A DNA stretch of 64,000 nt from Deltaproteobacteria bacterium (GCA_032128115.1 JAQBHB010000098.1:32001-96000); one strand, 5' to 3'. Numbered from the stretch's first letter, positions 21,921 to 32,375 are shown. Made by a program: numbers and translations. Notes: generated by a model from the sequence alone, not told the origin.

Positions 21921-21973
21921 GCACGACGAGCCCTGACCGCTCCGCACCTCATCGAAAGGACCCCCCGGTGACC

Positions 21974-22837
21974 ATGCCCCGCGACGTGCGCGCCATCGAC
22001 CTGATGATGGCGATCCCCGACGGCGACCCCTCTCGCTGGTATGAATTCCTCAAGGCGCAGCTCCGCGACCAGGAGAGCAAGGGCATGAAGATGCCGGCGG
22101 GCTACATGTTCAAGGACATTCCCGACCCGGGGCCCCAGGACGACTTCGTCAGCTACACGATCGCCCAGATGGATCGCTTCGGGATCGAACGGGCGATGGT
22201 GGGCGTGAGCGACCAGAACGAACTCACGAAGGTGGCGCTGAAGGAGCATCCGGACCGTTTTCTGGCGTCCTATGAGGTGGATCCCAACGGCGGCATGGAG
22301 GCGGTGCGTGCGCTCGAACGCATGCACCGGGACTACGGGATCGTGGCGGCCACCGCATTTCCGGCGGGCTGCCGACCCCAGGTGCCCATCAACGACAAGG
22401 CCTTCTACCCGATCTACGCGAAGTGCGTCGAACTCGACATTCCGATCTGCGTGTGTGCCGGCGTTCCCGGTCCGCGAACTCCCATGGCCTGCCAGAAGGT
22501 GGAGTTGATCGACGAGGTGTGCTGGTTCTTCCCGGAACTCCGCTTCGTGATGCGCCACGGCGCGGAGCCATGGACGGAGCTGGCGGTGAAGCTGATGCTG
22601 AAGTGGCCGAATCTCTTCTACATGACCAGCGCGTTTGCGCCAAGATATTATCCAGCCGACATCGTCGACTACGCGAATACGCGCGGTTCCGACAAGGTGA
22701 TGTACGCCGGCTACTTCCCCATGGGCCTGTCCCTGGAGCGGATCTTCTCGGAGCTGCCCGAGGTTCCCTTCCGCGATCACGTCTGGCCGAAATTCCTGCG
22801 CGAGAATGCGCTCCGGGTCTTCAAGATCGATTCGTGA
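21974..22837 (+). CDS. Amidohydrolase family 2 protein
   Basis: FYPIYAKCVELDIPI, FVMRHGAEPW, KWPNLFYMTSAFAP, KVMYAGYFP. AAGGA RBS upstream. Confidence 0.85.
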   Translation: MPRDVRAIDLMMAIPDGDPSRWYEFLKAQLRDQESKGMKMPAGYMFKDIPDPGPQDDFVSYTIAQMDRFGIERAMVGVSDQNELTKVALKEHPDRFLASYEVDPNGGMEAVRALERMHRDYGIVAATAFPAGCRPQVPINDKAFYPIYAKCVELDIPICVCAGVPGPRTPMACQKVELIDEVCWFFPELRFVMRHGAEPWTELAVKLMLKWPNLFYMTSAFAPRYYPADIVDYANTRGSDKVMYAGYFPMGLSLERIFSELPEVPFRDHVWPKFLRENALRVFKIDS

Positions 22838-22847
22838 ACTGCGGAAT

Positions 22848-24845
22848 CTACTTTTCGAAGTAGATCGGGCTCGACCAGGCCGTGCCGCCGTCGATCTGCG
22901 TCAGGCGCACGTAGACGTATTCGCCCGGCTTCAGATCCGTAAGAGGGGTCTGGAAGGCGATCTCGGTCTGGGGCGGATCGACTTCGATGGCCTCCGCGAT
23001 GCTCCCGCTCCGGATCAGGTCCAGGTACTGGATCGGGGCCGGGGCTATGCCCTGCACGAAGAGCACCTCGTCGAGTGACCCGTCCGGGACGGGAACCGTC
23101 GAGCCCATCGGGTTGCTGCCCAGCGCGGTGCGCAGGATGATGCGAGGTCCGCTGGTGGCGTATACCCGGCGCGCGCGCATGGCCGCCAGCACGCCCTCGC
23201 GGCTCACGTCGTCGCTCAGGATGGCGGCCAGGCCGCCGGACAGGGCGGCCAGCTGGGGCAGGCCCGGGTGGCCGTCGTGGCTGTCGCCGCTTCCGATGAA
23301 TCCGAAGCGATAGCCCCGGTCCAATACGTCGCGGACGAAGTTGCCGGGCACGGCGCTGTAGATCACTCCCGGCGAGTCGAGCGCCTCGCTGCTGCCGTGC
23401 ACCGAAACGATTTCGGTTACCGGCTCGAAACGCGGATCCGGGGGGATGGCCCAGTTCGTGGGAATCGGCCCGCCCGCCGAATGGTGGGCGAAGGTGAGGG
23501 CTGCGCGCCCCTCGAGCGCCTGCCACAGCTGCAGGGGGGACTCGTAGGCGGGATCCACCGAACTCAGCACGGAGCCCTCGTCGTCGAAGTAGAGCACGTG
23601 CCGGTGGCCGTGGATCCAGCTGGTCCACTCGAAACCGCGCACCGTCACGAAGCGACCGGGTTCGTGGAAGCGCTTCGTCTGCTCCTCGATCTCCCGCCAC
23701 ATGTCCGGGTGCGTCGACAACGGCAGGATGCCCCAATGGTCGTGGTCGGTCAGAGCCACCACGTCCAGGGACGAGACGTCGCGGGCATAGCGAAAGTAGT
23801 CCTCGGGGGTTCCGGTGCCGTCGGTCAGGCCCGTGTGTCCGTGCAGGTCGCCCCACAGGATGCGCGGCCCCGAGGCGGTGACGAGGATCGGATTGCTCTC
23901 CGCCTCGAGTCCGCCCGGGGCCCGTGCGCGCAGACGCAGCACCCCCTCACCCGCCGCGGTGGCCGTGGCGGTGATGGTCGTGCGACCGTGGTCCCCGGGG
24001 CCCAGGACCACCCGGGCTGGCAGGTCGAGCCCTTCGGGCGGTGAATCGAACACGATCTCTCCCGCGATCTCCGGGTCCGTGTTCCCGTACGCGTCGAGCA
24101 CGGCGAGGGTGACGCGAAAGGGCACGCCCGGTCGCGCGATCGAGTCGGCGGTGACCACCAGCTGGGCCGGCGCGTCCGGGTGTACGTCGATGCCGGGTGA
24201 ATCTTCCAGGAAGGTGCGGGTTCCGTCGCCGTCCCCATCCACCGAGAACCAGAACCGCGAGTTCTTCTCGGCGAAGCGATCGGCGATGGCCCCGAAGCTG
24301 CCCGCGCCGAAAGTGAGCGTGATGCGGTCGCTCTCCACCAGGGGTCGCCCAAGCACCTCGAGCGCAAGCAGCTGATCGCCCACGGTGGCAGCGTCGAGTT
24401 CCATGCCCTCATCGCTCACCTCGATCTCGGTGTAGCCGGGGCCGTCCGGGTCGCGGATCTGCGGCGTGCTCCAGCCCCAGAAGGGCGACACCTGCAGGTA
24501 GACCACGCCCCCGGTGGCGATGCCTTCGGGACCCACCTCGTAGACCAGCCGGAAACGCCCCGGTCGCTGGGCCACCGCGAACGCCGGGTCGCCCTCGGCC
24601 TGCTCGAGCCAGGCGCGGCCGCCGCCATCGGACGGCGACTGCTGGCGCTCGAGATCGGCGCGCAGCATCTCCAGCAGATCCCAGCGTGCGCCCGGCGGCC
24701 CGTCACCGGGGGTCGCGGTCTTGCTTCCCGGGAACTCCGGGACGGCTTCTGCGTCGCCGTCCGAAGGCGCTCCGCACGCACTGGTGCACAGTAGCCACGC
24801 CGCGGCGAGGACCGCGAGACCGCAGGATTTTCGTTTGGGCGTCAA
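22848..24845 (-). CDS. PHP-type metallohydrolase lipoprotein (DUF3604/CehA-McbA-like)
   Basis: WGDLHGHT, ALTDHD, GFEWT..HGHRHV, FAHH, GSGDSHDGHPG, RRVYATSG, AWSSPI. N-terminal lipobox-like SAC. Confidence 0.8.
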   Translation of the reverse strand: MTPKRKSCGLAVLAAAWLLCTSACGAPSDGDAEAVPEFPGSKTATPGDGPPGARWDLLEMLRADLERQQSPSDGGGRAWLEQAEGDPAFAVAQRPGRFRLVYEVGPEGIATGGVVYLQVSPFWGWSTPQIRDPDGPGYTEIEVSDEGMELDAATVGDQLLALEVLGRPLVESDRITLTFGAGSFGAIADRFAEKNSRFWFSVDGDGDGTRTFLEDSPGIDVHPDAPAQLVVTADSIARPGVPFRVTLAVLDAYGNTDPEIAGEIVFDSPPEGLDLPARVVLGPGDHGRTTITATATAAGEGVLRLRARAPGGLEAESNPILVTASGPRILWGDLHGHTGLTDGTGTPEDYFRYARDVSSLDVVALTDHDHWGILPLSTHPDMWREIEEQTKRFHEPGRFVTVRGFEWTSWIHGHRHVLYFDDEGSVLSSVDPAYESPLQLWQALEGRAALTFAHHSAGGPIPTNWAIPPDPRFEPVTEIVSVHGSSEALDSPGVIYSAVPGNFVRDVLDRGYRFGFIGSGDSHDGHPGLPQLAALSGGLAAILSDDVSREGVLAAMRARRVYATSGPRIILRTALGSNPMGSTVPVPDGSLDEVLFVQGIAPAPIQYLDLIRSGSIAEAIEVDPPQTEIAFQTPLTDLKPGEYVYVRLTQIDGGTAWSSPIYFEK

Positions 24846-24931
24846 GAGCGTTCCGAGGTGGCGGTGGCGCCAGCATAGCCGCGCCCCGTGGCGTCTGCTG
24901 CTACGCTGCTCGCCCGTCTGCAGTGGCCCTC

Positions 24932-27499
24932 ATGAGTAATCGGACTCAATCGCTCCGCGCTGGCTGGATCCTCGCTGCGCTAGCCGCAGCCGGCGTGATC
25001 GCCGCGCTGGCACTGACGGTCTACACGCGTCTGCCCCTGGGTCTGTGCGCGGTGCTGGGTGCGGCACCCTTCGCGGTAGCCGGGATCGCCGTGGCGCGCG
25101 CACGGCGAAGGCCCGGAGCGAAGCTCCCCGGGTCTTCGGATCGCTTGTTGGACCGGCGCGATCTCCCGGGCCTCTCACTGCTCCTGGTGTTGTTGTGCGC
25201 GCTGCTCCACCCGGTGCTGGTGGGAGGCCAGGGCCTGGTTCCGGTGGATGGCATCACACAATACGATCCCTGGCGCCAGGTCTTTGGACTCGGCGCGGCG
25301 AATCCGCTGCTGGCCGATCAGTACCTGCAGCTGATTCCCCAGCAGCAGTTCCTGCACGAGCACCTGGTGCGCGGGTCGTTCCCCCTGTGGAATCCCCACC
25401 TGGCGTGCGGGGTTCCGTTCCTGGCCTCGATGCAGGCCGCGGCCCTGTTTCCCATCAACCTGTTGCTGGCGCCCCTCGCCCCGTTCGCTTCGAGTGGGCC
25501 GGCCGCTCTCCTGAAGCTGTGGCTGGCGGGCTTCTTCACCTACTTGTTGCTGCGCTGCCTGGGTGGGTCGCGGGCGGCCGCCACCCTGGCAGCCATCGCG
25601 TTCGCCTTTTCCGGCTTCATGATCATCTGGCTGGGGCACCCGCACAGCAACGCCGCCATGTGGCTGCCGCTGTTGCTGTTCTGCATCGAGCGCGCGGTGG
25701 TGAGCGCCGGCCGGCCGCTTGCCTGGCGTTTCTGGGCCGGATTCGCCGCGGCCTACGCCGCCGTTTGGCTCGGGGGGCACCCACCCACCGCCGTCCACGT
25801 GAGTGCCGTGGCGGCCCTCTACTTCGCGTTCCGCTGGACCGCGACTCGCGCCGACGGCGCTTCGGCTGCGCGGACGGCCGGCTTCGCCGTGGCTGTGGCC
25901 GGCGGCCTGCTGGCTGCGGCGGTCCAGATCCTGCCTTTCCTGGAATACTACTCGCTGAGTTCCGCGCCCCTGGCCTCGGAAGCACTCGACCGCGCGGCCA
26001 CGCGCCTGCCGCCTCAGGCCCTGGTGCACCTGTTGCTTCCCTTTCTCTCGGGAAGTCCCGTGGTCGGATTGGGTCATATGGCGACCAACCTCGGCATCGG
26101 CCGCGAGCACAACTTCCACTCGTACACCGGCTTCTTCGGGGTGGTGACGTTCGTGCTGGCGGGGCTTGCCCTGTTGCTTCGTCGCGACGGCACCACGCGT
26201 TTCTTCGGTCTGCTGGCCGCGGGTTGTCTCCTGATCGTTCTGGGGGTGCCGCCACTGCCGTCCGTGATGGCTGCGCTTCCCGTGCTCGGCGACATGGCCC
26301 ACACGCGACTGTTGCTGGTGGTGGGCCTGTGTGGCGCGGTGCTTGGCGGACTGGGGCTCGACCAGCTTGGGCGCCCAGCGGGCGAACGCCGTCGACTGGC
26401 CGGTTTCGTGGGGTTGTGGCTCGGCGCGTCCGTGATGCTTGCGCTCGCATGGGTGGAGCTGCAGCCGTCGCTGCGCGCACCGAGGGCTTTCGACTTCGTG
26501 GTTCGCCAGTTCGCGGTTTTCGGGGCCACGTTGCTGGCCGTCACCGGCGTCACCCAGTTGAAGTCGCACCGGCGCCTGGCGGTGGGGGTGTGCCTGGCGG
26601 TGTTGAGTGCCGAGATGTCGTGGTTCGCCTCGGGCTACAACCCGAGCATCGAGCGATCCCGGTACTACCCAGCCACGCCCGGCATCGAGTTGCTCGAGGC
26701 CGACGACTCGGTGTACCGCATGATCGGAATGGGAACGGTGCTGCCGCCGGACACGCCCATGATCTACGGAATCGACGACGTGCGCGGCCGCGACTTCATG
26801 AACGTCCGGCGTTACGAGGAGCTGTTCCGGGGGGAAGCCGGCGACTTCGGATTCCTGGGCGCCATCTCCCTGCCGCCCGCCGTTGCACTGGCCCTCAACG
26901 TGAAGTACCTGGTTTCTCATCGCGGCGACATGACGTTTGCGGACTTCATGGAACGCATCCACGACGGGGACGTATCGATCTACCGCACGAACCCGTATGT
27001 GGAGCGTGCCCTGATCGTCCGCGATTTCCAGGTGGCCGAAACGCCGGCCGTTCTGGAGGGGATGCGCGACGGCAGCTTCGACCCACGCGAGATCCTGTTG
27101 CTCGAGGCGCTGCCTGCGGTCTGGAATGGCCCGTCGGGAACGCCTGCGGCGGCGGATGCGGCTTCGATCACCGCGTATGCGCCCGATCGTGTCGAGATCG
27201 AGGCCGCACTCAGCGAGCCGGGCTTTCTGGTGTTGCTGGACACCTGGTTTCCGGGTTGGAAGGTCTACGTGAATGGGCGCCCCCGCCCGATCGAGCGGGC
27301 AGACTACAACTTTCGCGCCGTGGGTCTGCCGGCGGGCACCTGGCAGGTGACGTTCGCCTACCGGCCGACGAGTTTCGCGTTGGGGGCCACGTTGTCGCTG
27401 ATGGCCACGGCGGGGCTGTTGGCGCTGGCGTCGGGCGCTTTGCCGCGAAGCTCGCGGGCTGCAGCCAGCGAGAACAGAAAGGCGCCGCCGGCCGCGTAG
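24932..27499 (+). CDS. YfhO-family multi-pass membrane glycosyltransferase (GT-C-like)
   Basis: FPLWNPHLACGVPF, FAFSGF, GGHP, C-terminal LVLLDTWFPGWKVYVNG...ADYNFRAV..PAG...F.YRP. Confidence 0.85.
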   Translation: MSNRTQSLRAGWILAALAAAGVIAALALTVYTRLPLGLCAVLGAAPFAVAGIAVARARRRPGAKLPGSSDRLLDRRDLPGLSLLLVLLCALLHPVLVGGQGLVPVDGITQYDPWRQVFGLGAANPLLADQYLQLIPQQQFLHEHLVRGSFPLWNPHLACGVPFLASMQAAALFPINLLLAPLAPFASSGPAALLKLWLAGFFTYLLLRCLGGSRAAATLAAIAFAFSGFMIIWLGHPHSNAAMWLPLLLFCIERAVVSAGRPLAWRFWAGFAAAYAAVWLGGHPPTAVHVSAVAALYFAFRWTATRADGASAARTAGFAVAVAGGLLAAAVQILPFLEYYSLSSAPLASEALDRAATRLPPQALVHLLLPFLSGSPVVGLGHMATNLGIGREHNFHSYTGFFGVVTFVLAGLALLLRRDGTTRFFGLLAAGCLLIVLGVPPLPSVMAALPVLGDMAHTRLLLVVGLCGAVLGGLGLDQLGRPAGERRRLAGFVGLWLGASVMLALAWVELQPSLRAPRAFDFVVRQFAVFGATLLAVTGVTQLKSHRRLAVGVCLAVLSAEMSWFASGYNPSIERSRYYPATPGIELLEADDSVYRMIGMGTVLPPDTPMIYGIDDVRGRDFMNVRRYEELFRGEAGDFGFLGAISLPPAVALALNVKYLVSHRGDMTFADFMERIHDGDVSIYRTNPYVERALIVRDFQVAETPAVLEGMRDGSFDPREILLLEALPAVWNGPSGTPAAADAASITAYAPDRVEIEAALSEPGFLVLLDTWFPGWKVYVNGRPRPIERADYNFRAVGLPAGTWQVTFAYRPTSFALGATLSLMATAGLLALASGALPRSSRAAASENRKAPPAA

Positions 27500-28872
27500 A
27501 AAGGTGCCACCAGTGTCAGCACGGGCAGGTAGTAGCGGCCCCAGGTGAACGGCAGCCAGAGGCCGGTGGCGACGGTCGTGATGCCCGCGATCAGGGCCAG
27601 ATAGACCGCCAGCTCGCGGCTTGGCGGCCCGGTGCGAACCCGGAACAACCAGAACGCGCCGAGCGCAGCCAGTCCGAGCGAGAGGCCGGTCGCTCCCACG
27701 CTGAAGGGAAGCAGCCACCCACTGGCCAGGATCGCCAGTTCGAGGGGGCCTCGCGCCCCGCGAGGCTCCGGCAGACGGAAACGAAATCGGCGCATGGCCA
27801 ACAGGAGTCCCAGCGCGGCGGCCGTGGCCACGAGCCACAGCTTCGGGCGCAGCGCGGCGAGGCGCGGCTGGAAAAATGGGGGCCGTATGAGCGAGGCCCT
27901 GAGGGTGGCCGACAGTCCTTGCAGCGGCGAGGAAACCACACTCGGCGCCAGCGCGGGATCCCGCTGCTGCTGTTGCTTGAGCTCCGACCAGCTCGACAGG
28001 AAATCCAGGCTGCGCCCCACCGGGTCGGGATACAGATAGGGATTGATCGCCACGAAGATGGCCAGGGGCACGCTGGCCACCAGCGCCGCCCGACGCAGAC
28101 GGGCGCGCAGTGGCCCCGGGCGCAACAGCACGAACAAGCCCGTGGCGAATACCAGTGGCGCCGAGCTGAACTTCACGGCGCACGAGAGTCCCATCCCCAC
28201 CAGCGAGACGGCGAAGGCGAGGCGGGACGAGTGCCGCACGAACACGGCGAAGGACGCTGCGGCCGCCGCCAGGAACGCCAGCTGCGGAATGTCCATGTAG
28301 ACCTGGGTCGCGTGGATCTGGAAGATCGGGGACAGGAACAGGGCGGCCGGCGCGATCAGGGCGGCCCACGGATTTGCGGTGAGTTGCCACGCGAAAACGT
28401 AGATCGCGACCAGTGTCACGATCGCCGCGGCCACGATTCCCAGGCGCACGGGCACCAGCAGGCTTCGCGGCGGGATGTTGCCGCGAGCCTGATTCTCTTC
28501 GTAGCCGAGCCGCCACTGCCACTGATAATCCACCGGGTCGGCCGGATCGCGGTGGAGTGCCACCAGGGCGCCGGTCATCAACTTGCCCAGCGGCGGGTTC
28601 ATGTTTCCCCAGAAGGCCAGTCCGGCTTCGTCGTACGCGGCTTCCCAGCGAGCGGGCGGTGCGAACCCTGTCGCGAGGCCAAAAGTCAGATAGCTGCTGG
28701 TGATCCAGGCCGGCTCGTCCACCTGGCACCGATGCGAGGGATCGCGGGCCAGTGCCACCAGGGAGATGCTGCACACCAGGAACAGGACCCCTGCGAACCC
28801 GTGCGCTGGCGAGATCGGGAGCGATCGGATCCAGTCGGCTGCACGGCGGGCCACGTGCCGTGGATCGGCCAC
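27358..28872 (-). CDS. Multi-pass membrane protein, PMT/ArnT-like GT-C fold
   Basis: DE motif after TM1 (VDEPAW), MNPPLGK, VYMD, AVKFS, RYYLP, many TM segments. Confidence 0.7.
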   Translation of the reverse strand: MADPRHVARRAADWIRSLPISPAHGFAGVLFLVCSISLVALARDPSHRCQVDEPAWITSSYLTFGLATGFAPPARWEAAYDEAGLAFWGNMNPPLGKLMTGALVALHRDPADPVDYQWQWRLGYEENQARGNIPPRSLLVPVRLGIVAAAIVTLVAIYVFAWQLTANPWAALIAPAALFLSPIFQIHATQVYMDIPQLAFLAAAAASFAVFVRHSSRLAFAVSLVGMGLSCAVKFSSAPLVFATGLFVLLRPGPLRARLRRAALVASVPLAIFVAINPYLYPDPVGRSLDFLSSWSELKQQQQRDPALAPSVVSSPLQGLSATLRASLIRPPFFQPRLAALRPKLWLVATAAALGLLLAMRRFRFRLPEPRGARGPLELAILASGWLLPFSVGATGLSLGLAALGAFWLFRVRTGPPSRELAVYLALIAGITTVATGLWLPFTWGRYYLPVLTLVAPFYAAGGAFLFSLAAARELRGKAPDASANSPAVAISDNVAPNAKLVGR

Positions 28873-28944
28873 GCCGGGGCCCGACTCAAGGCCCGATCCC
28901 CGGAACTCCCCGTGGAAGCAGCGCCTCTTCCGGGACCCGGGAGA

Positions 28945-31239
28945 TCAGCGCTTCGCGATGGTGCGCGCCCAGGGGGCGAGGTCCGCGTCGGGCCATTCGG
29001 ACGACACGCCCAACAGGTCCGCCAGGACGCGGGGCACGCCGGCCAGAGAGGGCTGACCCGGGGTGCGGCCCGCCGGGATGCCGGGGCCCTCGGCCACGAA
29101 GATCGCCTGGCGCGAGTGCTCCATGGCCGTGCGGATCCCGTGGTCGGACATCACGATCAGCACGTCGTCTTCGTCCAGCATGGCGTGCACGGCCGCGAGT
29201 CGCGCATCGATGTATCGATATACCGAGTAGAGAAGACCCCGTCCATCGTCCTGGCCGGCTTGCGCCGTTTCCGCGAAGTGGGCATGGGTGAGGATGTCCA
29301 GGGGCTCGATGCGCAGCGCCATCAGATCCACCTCGCCCGCGCGGATCACCTCTTCCGCCGTGTCGAACTCGGCGGCGATGGTTCGGATCATCAGATCGTC
29401 GCGTTCAGTCCCCGGCCTCGCCAGCGCCGGGAATCGTGCGCTCTCATCGGCGTCCAGGTCTCGTGCACTGCGGGTCAGCGCCACGCGCTTGCGCGCACCC
29501 TCGGGCCCGGTGACCTCGGCGTGACGCCCTGCGCGCACCCCGCCGTGGGCGAACAACAGGTTCGCCGCCGAGAGCGGGCCCGCGCCCAGGCGCGAGAAGA
29601 GGTTCTCACGCTCGGGAAGCAGCCAGTCGAGCGCGGCGAAGGGGTTGTCGCCAATCGAGGACAGGCCGGCCAGCTCGACGCCCATCTGGTGCACCAGCCC
29701 CAGGAACGACACGGCGCGCGTATCGCCCGGCCAGACCAGGGCCTCCAGGGCGGCGGCGGTGAGCGGCGGGTCGCTCTCGAGCACGGCGCGCCGACCCCGG
29801 GCAATCAGCTCGTCCAGGAATCCCAGCTCACCGCGCGTGCGCAGGTATTGCACCAGGCGCCAGTCGCCGCAGTCGAGCAGCAACAGGGCGACGCGCCGGC
29901 GGCCGTCGCCGGGAAGGCGAACCCACGCGTGTGGTTCCGCGCGGACTGGGGCTCCGGGGATGATGGTCACATCCACCGGTTCACCGGGAACCGGAGACAC
30001 CGTGCCCGACGCCGTGGTGTGACCGGCGGCGTCGCGATAGACCCATCGTTGGGGGGCGATTCCGAAGGCGCGCCGGGCGGTCACGCGTCCGGTCTCCGAC
30101 AGGGGAAGCAGCTCGTAGTCCGCGTCCACCGGTTCACCGGGCTCGGGCGAGAGCCAGAGTTCGGCGCCGGAGGCATCGACGGGAGCCGCGAAACGCAGGC
30201 TGCCGAGGCGCGTATCCAACGATTCCCCCAGCAGATCCCGGTGGCGGGCGGCGCGCTCGAGTTCCGTGCGCGTGAGGCCCGCCAGCTCGAACCGCTCGCG
30301 GGTCTGGTCGTAGACGCCCAGGGCCTCGTCCACGCGCCCCGCGTTCACCAGGGTGAGAATCAGCCGGATCGCAAGCGTCTCATACAGGCGCGGGTCGAGC
30401 CCTTCGGGCTCGGCGAGTGCGCGCTGTAACAGCTCGATGGGATCGTGTTCCGGGTCGGACATGCCGGCCATGCTGAGGGTGAGCGCGTAACGCGCGCGCA
30501 GGTCCACAGGATCGCCGCCGGTCCGCTCCCAGGCGCGGAAGGTACGGCGCACGCCTTCCAGGTCGCTGTCCCAGGCGAACGCCATGGCCCGGGTATCGAA
30601 CCAGCGCGCCACGTCGTCCGGGTGCTCCACATCCGCGGAGTCCAGGCTGCCCAGGACCTGGAGGGCCTGGTGCGAGTCGCCCCGCATCAGGTATCGGGTG
30701 GCCAGGCTGGATCGCATGCGAAGCTCGTGGGGGCCGCCGCCGCCGAGCCGGGACTCGAGTTCGCGCAGCACGAGGCCCTCGTCTTCTACGGAACCGCGGG
30801 TGACGAGTTCCAGGTAGAAGAGATCCGGGTCGTCCGGATGCTGGCCGCTGGCGCGGCGCGCGAGATCGGCGGCTTCGAGGGTGCGCCCCTCGTCGCGCCA
30901 TGTCTGGATCAGGTGTACGGAGAGGATCGCGTTCGGTGCCCAGTCTTTCGCGTCGGGTGCGGCGAGCACGTGCTCCATCAGTTCGGAGCACTCCGCGCCC
31001 GAATCGGTGGCGATCAGGGCCAGGCAGCGGCACTCGGCCGCAAAGCGGCCAACGGTGCCCCCCGGCCGCTCCGCGGTGCGGGCCAGTGCCGTGTCCCAGT
31101 CGCCGGCCTCCACGGCTTCGCACGCGTCGAGCGCCATCATCTGGACGCGCGAGGTCTGGTACGAAACCAATGCGATGCCGGCCAGGGCGGCAAACAGCGC
31201 CGCAGCGATGGCGGGCCGCGCCGGGCCGTGCCGCTTCAA
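28945..31239 (-). CDS. Alkaline phosphatase/phosphodiesterase-superfamily protein with helical (TPR-like) N-terminus
   Basis: LLLLDCGDW, PPLTAAAL (Thr nucleophile position), LDILTH, VMSDHG. N-terminal signal anchor. Confidence 0.7.
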   Translation of the reverse strand: MKRHGPARPAIAAALFAALAGIALVSYQTSRVQMMALDACEAVEAGDWDTALARTAERPGGTVGRFAAECRCLALIATDSGAECSELMEHVLAAPDAKDWAPNAILSVHLIQTWRDEGRTLEAADLARRASGQHPDDPDLFYLELVTRGSVEDEGLVLRELESRLGGGGPHELRMRSSLATRYLMRGDSHQALQVLGSLDSADVEHPDDVARWFDTRAMAFAWDSDLEGVRRTFRAWERTGGDPVDLRARYALTLSMAGMSDPEHDPIELLQRALAEPEGLDPRLYETLAIRLILTLVNAGRVDEALGVYDQTRERFELAGLTRTELERAARHRDLLGESLDTRLGSLRFAAPVDASGAELWLSPEPGEPVDADYELLPLSETGRVTARRAFGIAPQRWVYRDAAGHTTASGTVSPVPGEPVDVTIIPGAPVRAEPHAWVRLPGDGRRRVALLLLDCGDWRLVQYLRTRGELGFLDELIARGRRAVLESDPPLTAAALEALVWPGDTRAVSFLGLVHQMGVELAGLSSIGDNPFAALDWLLPERENLFSRLGAGPLSAANLLFAHGGVRAGRHAEVTGPEGARKRVALTRSARDLDADESARFPALARPGTERDDLMIRTIAAEFDTAEEVIRAGEVDLMALRIEPLDILTHAHFAETAQAGQDDGRGLLYSVYRYIDARLAAVHAMLDEDDVLIVMSDHGIRTAMEHSRQAIFVAEGPGIPAGRTPGQPSLAGVPRVLADLLGVSSEWPDADLAPWARTIAKR

Positions 31240-32375
31240 GAAGGATCTCCCGGCGAGCCCTCGAGGCGCGCCGTCAGCTTCACCAAGTCACCTTCCGGGC
31301 GGCCCTGCACGGACATGCGACTCCAGGGGATGGCCCCGCGCGGATCGACGGCCTGGCCACCCAGGTGCTTCGCGAGTCGTGCGTCGGCCTCTGCGAAGCG
31401 CGCCAGATCGATCACGGCCCCGCTGCCGGCGGCCGGGTCCGAACGCGCCTCCCCGGCCAGGGCCCGGCGCAGACTGGCGGGATTCCAGCTCACCACCAGG
31501 GCGTTCTCGAGAGCCACGTAGCAGGGGGCCAACGCGGGCAGCAGGTTCAGGTCCAACAGGCAGGCGCCCGCCAACGAGCCCACCGCAAATTGCGATCGGT
31601 GCACCGGCCATGTCTCCATGATTTCGGCGATGAAGCTCTCCATGCCGACGATCGCGGCGTCGCGAGCACGGAACCCGAGGGCCAGGGCGGCCGGCGGCAT
31701 GGCGCCGCCGTCAGTGGGTGCGTACACCGCCATCTCCCAGGTTCCGTCAAGCACGGCACCTGCGAACAATTCGCTCTTGAGTCGGAACAGGCGGTCCGCC
31801 TGCCCGCCAGAAGTGATCTGGTCCGCGATCGCAAGCCCGTGTCGCCCGCGCACGCGCACATGGAGCAGGCTTCCGTCCACGCTGAGTACTCCGGGACCCG
31901 GCGAGGCGTCGGCGGGCGAAAGCAGGGCGAGCAATCCCTGGAAGGCCTCGTCCGGAAGTTCGAGCGCAAGGTCCACGTCGCCGTCTTCGCGGATGGAGAG
32001 CGTGGCCAGGAGCCGCGCGTCCTGGGACACCGGGAGCAGCAAGGCCAGGTCGTGGTCGCCGCGTTCGCGCGCAAGGCGCGTGAAGTCGGCCGCGGGGTCC
32101 CCGCACGCAAGGCCCGCGATGAGATCCGAGAACCCTCCTTCGGGCGCGTGGGCTCGCAGGGTGGGGCAGTTGGGCAGTTCCCGGGCGCGTGCCGCGGCCT
32201 CCCGGGCCAGGGGGGTCTTCTCCAGGCGCTCCAGTCGGTTCAGCAGGCGCACCAGGGCGTCGCGTTCGGCCAGCAACAGGGCGCCGTCTGGCCACTGGGG
32301 GCCACCGCACGCGATCAGGGCAGCGCACGCAGCTACCCCACAGGCATGGGCAAGTATCCAGCCGAAACGTCTCAT
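31236..32375 (-). CDS. Hypothetical lipoprotein
   Basis: Lipobox LIAC. Stop overlaps the TTG start of the downstream gene (TTGA). Confidence 0.6.
   Translation of the reverse strand: MRRFGWILAHACGVAACAALIACGGPQWPDGALLLAERDALVRLLNRLERLEKTPLAREAAARARELPNCPTLRAHAPEGGFSDLIAGLACGDPAADFTRLARERGDHDLALLLPVSQDARLLATLSIREDGDVDLALELPDEAFQGLLALLSPADASPGPGVLSVDGSLLHVRVRGRHGLAIADQITSGGQADRLFRLKSELFAGAVLDGTWEMAVYAPTDGGAMPPAALALGFRARDAAIVGMESFIAEIMETWPVHRSQFAVGSLAGACLLDLNLLPALAPCYVALENALVVSWNPASLRRALAGEARSDPAAGSGAVIDLARFAEADARLAKHLGGQAVDPRGAIPWSRMSVQGRPEGDLVKLTARLEGSPGDPS

Noticed and set aside
25045..30429. 1794-aa plus-strand ORF and other long overlapping ORFs (e.g. 25175-28774, 41858-44458, 8782-10935)
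   Set aside because: Arg/Gly/Pro-rich shadow frames of real genes in high-GC DNA, with no domain motifs.
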